From assembly GCA_963775465.1 (NCBI GenBank), contig CAVZIW010000001.1, forward strand, positions 256,001 to 320,000: a DNA stretch of 64,000 nucleotides. The letters are read 5' to 3'. Under the pieces are notes generated by a model that was not told the DNA's origin, ran no database searches, and saw nothing but the letters and a program-made list of their open reading frames with translations. Shown one piece after another: positions 28,136-36,701 of the stretch (positions are counted from its first letter, which is position 1; each line of letters begins with the position of its first letter). Made by a program: the position numbers and the translations under genes. Origin of the DNA: Candidatus Bathyarchaeota archaeon (GTDB lineage Archaea > Thermoproteota > Bathyarchaeia > Bathyarchaeales > Bathycorpusculaceae).

Positions 28136-30723
28136 TTATGGTCGTTTTCTGAGCACTAAGATTATTATCGCTCCGACAATGGCTATTGCGACGATTATGC
28201 CTGTTACTGCAGGTACAAAGTAAGCCTCCGTGATCGATGTTATTGGCGCTTCTGTTGGAGCTGTTGTTGGCTTTGCTGGATCTACAGTGAAAGCTGTTTC
28301 AGCGTATGATGGCCAGTAACCTTGTGTTCCTTTGAATGTAGCGATAACATTGTAGTCTCCTTCAATGTCTGGTAACCAAGACATACTAAAAGTGCCGCTT
28401 GCGTCAGTTGTTGCTGTTCCGATATTGCGGAAGTTTCCGTTAGAGTCGATTACGTCGATTGACACTGGTACACCCGTAAAGTCTGCTGGCATAGCTTTTT
28501 GCATGTATACATATTCCATCCAATCTTTCATGCTTGCATCTGAGGCACATGCAACTCCGTTAGGCAGTTTCAAAGATTGAGTACTCTGTGTTGTACCAGT
28601 TGATATGTCAGTGACTGTTCCTCTGATGACTACACGTTGACCAGTGGCTGCTGCTAAGTCGGGAGCGGAAACTGTTGTTCTACTAGTCCTTTGCCTAGTG
28701 AGTAGATTTGATTGTCGTAGCCGTTGAAGTATATGCAAACTCCGTCTGCTACTGCGTACGCCATTTCGTTGAACTCTGCGGTGTTGGCTGATAGGGTCCA
28801 AATTTCTGCTCCGTCCGTTGCATTTATAGCTCTTACCAGTGAGCCTTTGTAGATTGGGGTCTGTATCGTGTGTTCTGTCGTAACGGTGTAGAGTATTCCG
28901 TTGGCAATTGCGTTTATTGAGGTTGGATAGTGCCCTGGAACTGCAAATCCGCTGTTCGTATTATTGCCTTCTCCGCCATTTCCATATGTCCACAGTGGTT
29001 CTCCAGTCATTTCATCGTAGCAGTAGATAACTCCAGAGTATCCGCTGGCATAGACTTTCCCATATGCAAGGTGTGCATATACTTGTTCGTGTCCTGGGTT
29101 ACCATAGTAGTCAAGATCTAGTTGGTCGCCTATTGGACCCCACATTCTGTCGCCTGTTCTCATGTTTATGGCTGCCCATTGGTTGGTTTCCTTGAGTTTC
29201 TCTATGAAAACTCCTTGAACTGGATCGTTTCCGCCCATAATTACTGTTATGTTTTCGATTATGGGGTTAAAGTTTTTCATCCAGAGTATTGAACCAACGG
29301 TGCCTTTTGACTCGTTAAGGTTGACTGCAAAGTACGTATAGGGGGCGGTGCTGATTACGCTTGTTCTAAAGCCGCTTGATGGTAGTGTACCATTGTAACA
29401 TAGCATAATGTCTCCGTAGTACGCTGCGAACACGACAGGGTTGTTTGGCATCGTGTCTCTCCAAGATATTGGAATGCTCCATTCAGTGCCTTTTCCGTCG
29501 CTGCCATTAAAGACACCTGTCCAATAAGGTCTAATTACATTATTGGAGTAATCAACGATGTATCTTGATGAGTTCCATTGGGTAAGTACCCAGTTGGGGT
29601 TTGCGCCTGTGCCGTTGTTTGTCATGACGTATTGTATGTATTCACCGTTTGGGCCAGCTACTTTTCTTCCGGAGGGAACGTTGGTTATGTTCCATATCGA
29701 GTTTCCTGTGTCTGCATCGTAGCCATACCAGGTTGAGCCAGAGGTCGCCACTAGCATGGGTTCTGTAACACCGTGTTGCTGAGGATTATGCACAGCAATA
29801 ACCATCCCAAAAGATGGCTTGCGTACATCTGTTCTTGACCAATAGACTTCTCCAGTTTTGAGGTCAACACATTTTTCTGTGTCGAAAGCACCTGATCCGA
29901 AAGATAATGGTTCCATGTAGAATAGTTTGCCATCCATAATTATTGGGTTGACAAATCTGTTGAGGTAGGCTGAACCTTCGAAGAATGTGTCTCCTTGAAT
30001 TGCTAATGTGTCGCCTCCGACGACGCCTCCGGAAAGTTGAAGTTGCTTAGTCCACATGACGTGGTTCGTTTCAGAACCAACTCCATCTGGGACGTAGCAT
30101 CTCCAGTTAGCGAGTTGTGTTGACCCACTGCCGAACCAATTCGATGAAATTGTGAACCAGTTGGGGTTCTCACCATAGATTGGTCTGTTCCAGTATTCTG
30201 TAGGAATCGGATTATCCGGAAGGTACTGCACAGAGTCTTGCTGTACATTCAAAGTGCCTGTCGCGCTGCTGGGCAAGTATGTATCATTTACGAATGCTGA
30301 ATTCGGATTATGACTGTAGGTATTGTAGTCCTGTCCTGGAAACTCAAATTTCAGTTGGTATTCGCCTACTTGGTCAGGGGTAAAAGAGTAGCTTTGTGAA
30401 GATGTAGTGTCTACAACTGTTTCAAAAGTTTTTACCGTTTCAGTTCCATCTGGAGCGATAATTGTTAGTTTATAGTTGTGGAATCTCCAGTCATTCGTAA
30501 GCGCCGTGTCGGTGCCGAAGGTTTTGTCGATCCACATGTAGATGTATGTTGATTGACCAACACCTACTGGATCAATTACAGCTTGAACGTAGGCGAACGT
30601 TGGGATTTGCCAAGCGGTAGTGTGTGCATCTGAAGTTGGCATTAGTAGTGTTGATGCTGCAATCGAAATTGTCAATAGTGTCACAAGTATGCTGATTTTT
30701 ACTTTATTTGATTTGGAATGCAT
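28136..30723 (-). CDS. secreted PQQ-like beta-propeller cell-surface protein, paralog 3 (one-base frameshift at ~28686)
   Basis: The two listed ORFs join at the conserved GKG[P]S. Ends YFVPAVTG-TM-LRKRP. Confidence 0.9.
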
Positions 30724-30769
30724 TTTTTATTCTCCTAAATTTGGTGGAAGTGATTATAATTCAGTTTAG

Positions 30770-30780
30770 TTATAAGCTTT
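30770..30780 (-). promoter_or_regulatory. BRE/TATA promoter of paralog 3
   Basis: AAAGCTTATAA 47 nt before ATG. The equivalent AAGGACTTATAA lies 45 nt before paralog 1. Confidence 0.55.
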
Positions 30781-31035
30781 GGCACTTGTTACAAGTTGCA
30801 CTGACGACAACTCACTAAAAATGTGAAAAAAGACTCCGCACAATACCCAAATCTTAGCAGCAGGTTAAATACCAAACTTCATGCACCTAAACAAGTAAGT
30901 CTACGAGAAAACACCTGTTTGGGTAACGAATTGATAAAAAATAGTAGAAAAAAGAATCCCTAACTCAGTGTTTCTGGGATTTTAGCAATCAGGAACGATT
31001 CCTCGTAAGATATAAAATTGGAGTTGCTAACATGG

Positions 31036-31197
31036 GCACACACTCACACCCACACTAATCATCATAGAACCATGATGATTGAACAGAGCAATCCCTCTTC
31101 CCACACTTAAAATAAAAGAAGAAAACAACCTAAACAAATAAAGCGAACACCTACAATACCACAAGTGTGGTGTAAAATTTTACGCACCCACACCCAC
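31036..31197. repeat. CACAC-rich intergenic segment with short inverted repeats
   Basis: Several CCACAC/CACAC units, AATCATCAT/ATGATGATT hairpin (31057-31080) and the GTAAAATTTTAC palindrome. Confidence 0.5.
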
Positions 31198-31588
31198 AAA
31201 AAAATAACGGCTTCAAAAAAAATAGAGCAACTGCTAATAACAACTGACTAAACCAACCCTGACTGCGATAGGATTCTCTTTTTGATAATGTAAGAAAATG
31301 GGAAAAATAGGTACTAATGGGCTTTATGGGCAGGGTTTTCTTTTCGAGGTCTCACTCTCAACGCTAAAAAGCACAAGTTTTTTCTTCTTAACTAAGTTAA
31401 GACTTTCGCTTTAACAGCACTGTTCTAGCTCATTCCAACATTTTCTTAAGCCTCAGAGATAGTTCTCTCATCAAATCATCTTTAGCTGCGATTTTCAAAA
31501 ATCAACGTAGAGCATTATAGATGTATATAGCTGCATGTTAAAAATGCTTAAAAGCTAAAAACATACGCGCTATAAAGTAACCAAAGGC

Positions 31589-31786
31589 TTGGGCAGCAGT
31601 ATGGTTCAATTAACTTGGTTTGCAGTACCTTGCAGCATTCTATTATTGATTAGCCTGATTTCGTTTAATTACTGGTTACTTCTAATAACTGGATCCGCAG
31701 ATGCTCTTCTAGCTATTGCATTATGCATAAAAATTGACAAAACTAATAACATGAAAACAGAAGCAACAGAGCAAATAAAAGAATAG
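31589..31786 (+). CDS. small hypothetical membrane protein
   Basis: 65 aa with two hydrophobic segments. Confidence 0.35.
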   Translation: MGSSMVQLTWFAVPCSILLLISLISFNYWLLLITGSADALLAIALCIKIDKTNNMKTEATEQIKE

Positions 31787-31839
31787 AATAAATCACTAAT
31801 ACGAGTTTCTCCAATAGAACTAGACATAAATTTCTAAGA

Positions 31840-32124
31840 TCAAGAAAGTGTTCTTGTAAATGCCGCGTAATCCGGTAAAAGTCGCGATGCTCTACACATA
31901 TCCCGAGAAACGTATTCCATTGAAGGTTTTTTGCGTCTAGCCAACAATATCATGTCAGCCAAAAACAGTAATACTAATACTATTATTACTGCAGCTAAGA
32001 TTTCAAAGCGCCCAGTGCCCGAGAACACACGAAAACTCAACTCTACAGCATAAACGACAATAATAGCTGTTGCGATTACAGCCAACAAAAGCACTATCTT
32101 TGTATTCACTAGCGGTTTTCCCAT
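31840..32124 (-). CDS. small two-TM membrane protein
   Basis: Two TM helices followed by RRKK. Confidence 0.6.
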   Translation of the reverse strand: MGKPLVNTKIVLLLAVIATAIIVVYAVELSFRVFSGTGRFEILAAVIIVLVLLFLADMILLARRKKPSMEYVSRDMCRASRLLPDYAAFTRTLS

Positions 32125-32255
32125 GCTGTTTACTCTTCAGTTTCTTATTTGTTTTTCTGACTTAAACATAAAAATCTGTTTGATTTTGACTTCTCTTAGA
32201 AGACAGTTCCGCAAGTTTTATGAAATAGACGGCAATTAACCTCTTTCGATGCAGC

Positions 32256-32492
32256 ATGACTGAACCAGATTTACCGTACATTACACCACCTCCGGAACTT
32301 CCTGCTGGAACTAAGGGAGAAATAGATCCCTCACCAGACGTTGCAAACCCACTACCGGCTCATGAACCTCTCGAAGACACCGATACAGACCCTTTGGTTT
32401 GTCCAATTTGTGGAAAAACCTTCAAAACCAAAACTGAACTTGATTTACATATAGCAACAAGCCATACTCAAACTAAGAAAACTGATGTATAA
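32256..32492 (+). CDS. Pro-rich C2H2 zinc-finger microprotein
   Basis: LVCPICGKTFKTKTELDLHIATSH after a Pro/acidic segment. Confidence 0.8.
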   Translation: MTEPDLPYITPPPELPAGTKGEIDPSPDVANPLPAHEPLEDTDTDPLVCPICGKTFKTKTELDLHIATSHTQTKKTDV

Positions 32493-32881
32493 CTAATAGA
32501 AAAACTCGATTTTAATGGGTACCTAAAGCAATCTCTTCTGGTTTAACCCTTAAAACTGAACTGACCAGTTGAAACCAAGAACAACCGTTTAGTGTTCGAT
32601 GGAATCATCCCAAAAGTTGGAAAATTTGAAGCTTGTTTTTGCGTCATTTACTCTAATTAATCTTTTCGGGCTTTCGGCAAGGGCAATAAAAACTGTGATT
32701 AGACTGCTTGTGTTTGTAACCTTCATCTGTCAACAAGATTAGATGCCCACAGTTCTTGCACCGAACAGAAACTACACGCTTATTCATCTAAAACCATTCT
32801 AGAAATTACAGATACGCCTTATTGAAAATTTCTCCAAACTCTAACAGTAATAACATTTCAAAGTTTTACTTATTGCATCAG

Positions 32882-33016
32882 TTAGTCTATCCATTCTTCT
32901 AATTTAAATTTGGATCCACACAAAGAACAGCGATAGGTCACAAGATAAAAACCACTGGTTTCTTTTGACTTTCTAGCTTTCGAGACTTCCTTGAAACATT
33001 TGGGGCAGTTAACCAT
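32882..33016 (-). CDS. 44-aa zinc-ribbon microprotein (not in ORF track)
   Basis: MVNCPKCFKEVSKARKSKETSGFYLVTYRCSLCGSKFKLEEWID. GAGATGA SD-like motif and CTTAATATAT box upstream. Confidence 0.75.
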   Translation of the reverse strand: MVNCPKCFKEVSKARKSKETSGFYLVTYRCSLCGSKFKLEEWID

Positions 33017-33250
33017 GAAAGTTCATCTCAATTTATTTCTTTCCAGAGCAATATATTAAGAAAATTACTTTTTAGTAATATTGTGCTAAAAAGAATAGGA
33101 TGCTCTAACCATAAATTCAATAAAAAAAGCGCTCCAGCTTCTGCAAAATCTTTGAATTTTACTTATATGGTACATGTGAAAAGTATTTGAGACTCAAATC
33201 ATTTTTAGTAGATATTTTCATTAACATTCCAGCGGGGTTTACAAGAAAAT

Positions 33251-33505
33251 ATGACAGAGAAAAAAACAATACCAGAATGTATGGATCAAGAGGAATTGGT
33301 TTCAGAAAAGGTAGATGAACAAGGCAGGCGATGGGTAAAAAAATATGTTGGTGGGGGTGCTCATTTTGCGAACTGGTTAGAGCAATACATAGAAATCTAT
33401 GGAGAAAAAGATGTGGAGATAGAAGAGGTAGATACAAGTGGTTATAGTTGTTTTGAGATGGGTAAGGAAAAAATGTTTAGAATCTGGGTAAAAGAAAAGA
33501 AATAA
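33251..33505 (+). CDS. hypothetical protein
   Basis: 84-aa ORF with natural composition (KKYVGGGAHF). Confidence 0.75.
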   Translation: MTEKKTIPECMDQEELVSEKVDEQGRRWVKKYVGGGAHFANWLEQYIEIYGEKDVEIEEVDTSGYSCFEMGKEKMFRIWVKEKK

Positions 33506-33588
33506 TTTCTAAGCGCTAATAGAAGACTGGTTTTCTGAAATATTCCAAGTCTGAAACATGACTTATATAATATTTCTAATAATATTTG

Positions 33589-33672
33589 ATTGGAGAAGGA
33601 CGAGGAGAAAGGAGAGTAACTCCATGCACCAAGGGATGGGAATCTTTCTATCTCTTGTCTCGCTTCTCCAAT
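33589..33672 (+). ncRNA. candidate structured ncRNA (long imperfect hairpin)
   Basis: ATTGGAGAAG/CTTCTCCAAT closing stem, purine/pyrimidine arms and inner TCCAT/ATGGG stem. TTATATAA box ~20 nt upstream. Confidence 0.28.
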
Positions 33673-33782
33673 ATTCTAAAAAACTCAGTAGATGCCGTTA
33701 ACTCTGCTAATTTGAAAATTTTCTTAAGATCCAATTTTCACATGTTATTATTTGTTTAATGGAATGCTCCGCTCTTACTTTG

Positions 33783-33811
33783 TTTATCTAGGATTCATAA
33801 GGATTTTATAA
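33783..33811 (+). promoter_or_regulatory. 29-bp promoter-like motif, copy 2
   Basis: TTTATCTAGGATTCATAAGGATTTTATAA, matches 13341-13369. Confidence 0.4.
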
Positions 33812-34224
33812 GTTATTCATTATACTAAAAAAAGTAAGTTAATCATGAAGAACCAGAAAAAAAGAAATAAAGAAAGACGTCAAAGAATTCTATCTGAATT
33901 TCTCATCTGAGCCATTAGGTTTAAATTTCTTTATTTTGACAACACAACTCAAAATAATCTTGACCAAAAATGTTTTCTGATCCTACTTTATCGATAAAAT
34001 AATAGTGCTGTCAGCCTTGTTTCGGTTTTCTTTTGGGGGGTTAAAGGAAAGATTAGAAATTGACTTTTTACTAGTTGAGGGGGATAAAAGTTAAGATTAG
34101 AATAGCATTTGCAAGTATTTTTTAAAAAAGCAGAAATGGGTTGAGAAATTTCGCCTGGAAATTTCCCTAAACCCATGAAAAAAATATATTGCTATCTAGC
34201 AAATAATTCAAAGGCGTGTGAATT

Positions 34225-34719
34225 ATGAGTCCGAGAGCATCCAAGTTGTATTCGGTACTAATGATTGCTATATTTTTAATTCTTGTATTTCTGGTTACAG
34301 AAAGCAACCAAAACTTTGATGGCGTGCTAGCCAAGCCGTCATTGAGCCTAAGTTACTACAAGAATAATGGTTATGGGTTAGGCAACGATATTAATGGAAT
34401 TTGGACAATTACCGCTTTAGTTTCTCAAAACGTTTCTTACGTCAAATTCTACTTAGATAATCAGCTTCAGCAAAACGATTCATCCTCACCGTTTAGTTGG
34501 AATTTTAACACTGACAACTATACTTTGGGTTTACACACGATTAGTGTAACAGCCTATGATTCTTCGGGCGAAGCTGAAACCGTGTCGGTCCAACGTAACT
34601 TCGTAGGATTTCCATTAGAGCTAGTAATTGGAATAATCGGTCTTGTAGTCGCGATAATTGTAGTTCTTGTCCTTGTGGCAGTGTATCAAATAAGAAAAAA
34701 TAACAAGGAAAACAAATAG
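34225..34719 (+). CDS. Ig-like (Big-type) domain membrane protein
   Basis: N-terminal hydrophobic helix, VKFYLD..SPFSWNFNT..GLHTISVTAYD and C-terminal TM + basic tail. Confidence 0.85.
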   Translation: MSPRASKLYSVLMIAIFLILVFLVTESNQNFDGVLAKPSLSLSYYKNNGYGLGNDINGIWTITALVSQNVSYVKFYLDNQLQQNDSSSPFSWNFNTDNYTLGLHTISVTAYDSSGEAETVSVQRNFVGFPLELVIGIIGLVVAIIVVLVLVAVYQIRKNNKENK

Positions 34720-34807
34720 AGCATTGACCCTTAATAAAAAGCCCAATCGATGAAATTATATTTTCTAATATACAATAATCATGAAGGTAATAGTTCTCAA
34801 TATCTAT

Positions 34808-35638
34808 TTAACCGAAGAATGTCCTTAGCTGGGCTTGTTTAATCTTGGTTTTGTCCTTAACCTTGTGTTGGTTTGGTGATAGTAAGCCGAGCTTCTCAAG
34901 CAACAGCAAACAGTTTTCAGGAGCATATCCGTGATAGTGGTTGTTGAAATAGCCATAGACTTTTTTAACTTTTTTAGCTGTATCCTGGACTTTTGGTACC
35001 CAAGGCATCAATTCTTCTTCGCTGTATGAATAGTCAAACCATATTTCTTCTCCCCTGCCATGCCACCTAAAATATGCAAAATCTGTTGTTAATTGCACTT
35101 CTGGAGGCAAAAGCGGTTCATCGACAACCGTAAAGGCAACCTCATATTGCTTTAGAAGTTCAAATGTCTTGGTAGCGGGCATCAACCATGTCAAGTTTCT
35201 AAACTCAACCGCATAACGAAACATCGGGTCGAGCATTTGAAAGAATGCTTCAAGATTCTGAGGATTATAAGAGTATTTTGGTGGCAACTGAATCAATAAA
35301 CAGGCAAGTTTGCCTGCTAGCTGCAAGGGACGCATTAAGTCTAAGAAAACCTCTAAATCTGCCTTAACTTCTTTTTTTAGTCCAAGCATATTTTCATGGG
35401 TTATGGTTTTTGGCAGTTTAGCTGCAAACACAAAATCTGAAGGAGAATACTTTAGCCAACCCATGACTGCACTCTTTGATGGATTGCGGTAGAAAGTTGA
35501 GTCTATTTCAGCAGTTTTGAAGACTCTTGAATAAACTCTAAGCTTACTTTCCGAACTCTTCTTCTGGTAGAAAACACCTTCCCATTCCTTGTAGCTCCAA
35601 CCGCATGTGCCAAGAAAAATGTTGTTTTCTTTACTCAA
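34808..35638 (-). CDS. DUF72 domain protein
   Basis: GTCGWSYKEW, EIDSTFY, QLPP, AVEFRN, YFRWHGR, YFNNH. Confidence 0.93.
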   Translation of the reverse strand: MSKENNIFLGTCGWSYKEWEGVFYQKKSSESKLRVYSRVFKTAEIDSTFYRNPSKSAVMGWLKYSPSDFVFAAKLPKTITHENMLGLKKEVKADLEVFLDLMRPLQLAGKLACLLIQLPPKYSYNPQNLEAFFQMLDPMFRYAVEFRNLTWLMPATKTFELLKQYEVAFTVVDEPLLPPEVQLTTDFAYFRWHGRGEEIWFDYSYSEEELMPWVPKVQDTAKKVKKVYGYFNNHYHGYAPENCLLLLEKLGLLSPNQHKVKDKTKIKQAQLRTFFG

Positions 35639-36549
35639 AAAACCGACCTCAACTCTTTCATAACCTCATCTAAGCTGGAGTACCTTTTGTCTGGTAGATT
35701 TGCAAGAACTTCTGAAATATGAACTCGCTTATCAGGCGTTAGGTCTATAACTTTCCAACCCTGTTTCGCCTTCAGCTCAGCTTTTGAAATTGGAAAAGTA
35801 ATATCTTCGGATAGGACAGCTTTAGCAGAATCAATCCCTGTATAAGCTGTTACTGGAAGAAAGTTCCCAGTTCCCTTATAGTGTTTGAAGCGTGCAGCAT
35901 CAGAGTTCATTCTCGCTCCATGATAAGATAGAATTACAGTCTTTGAATCTGTATCTTGGGCTTTTCGGTCAATCTCTGCAAGTTCATCATCGCTGAACTG
36001 GTAGATGTTATGTTGACCTTTCCCAAACAACCTTGAATAAGTAACATCCAAATCAAAACTTGGCTTCTGCTTTGAAAGATCAACACAATGAATTATACCA
36101 AAATCCTCCATTAGACCAACGACAGTTTGAGTTATTGGCGCCCGATACTCCCAAACAAGTCTCAACCCGTTTATGTTTAAAGAAGAAAAGAAATCCCGAG
36201 TTTCTTTTTCATTCTTCTGATTTATCAAATATGTGGCAGGTGTTTCTAAAACCAAATAGGGAGAATTAAGAATATCACAATATTGTCTCATTTGGTAAAA
36301 GATTTCGTAAGCCTGACTCGACGGCACAAAACCTATGTTATGGGTCAAGTCCTGGTGGCATCGAACAGAAAAAGTAAAATCGTTAGGCACTGTTTCTCTC
36401 CATCGCTTAACCGTTTGAAAAGACGGATATTGATAGAAAGTATAGTTAACTTCGACAAAGTTGAATAGTTCACTGTAGGCTTTCAGAGATGGTTTATTTG
36501 GAACTTTAAAGTAAGCCCAACCACCCGCGCCAATAAGAAAATCAGGCAA
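35635..36549 (-). CDS. divergent DUF72 protein with small C-terminal DUF2795-like domain
   Basis: GAGGWAY, VEVNYTFY, YSRLFG. Tail ITFPISKAEL..LPDKRYSSLDEV. TTGA overlap with the next gene. Confidence 0.88.
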   Translation of the reverse strand: MPDFLIGAGGWAYFKVPNKPSLKAYSELFNFVEVNYTFYQYPSFQTVKRWRETVPNDFTFSVRCHQDLTHNIGFVPSSQAYEIFYQMRQYCDILNSPYLVLETPATYLINQKNEKETRDFFSSLNINGLRLVWEYRAPITQTVVGLMEDFGIIHCVDLSKQKPSFDLDVTYSRLFGKGQHNIYQFSDDELAEIDRKAQDTDSKTVILSYHGARMNSDAARFKHYKGTGNFLPVTAYTGIDSAKAVLSEDITFPISKAELKAKQGWKVIDLTPDKRVHISEVLANLPDKRYSSLDEVMKELRSVF

Positions 36550-36701
36550 ATACGCATTACCAGATTAAACATCTGTATTCTTCGCTTATTAGGCTTAAGA
36601 CTCCCCAAAACAAAAAAACATTCAAGGATAAAGGAAAAAATTTTCGTTCAGATAATTATTAAAAAAAAGGAAAAGGAAAGTATTGTTATTTGGTCTGTTG
36701 T

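Noticed and set aside
32676-32690. GKGNK integrase-like motif
   Set aside because: A five-residue match with no supporting RHRY motifs in frame, so likely chance.
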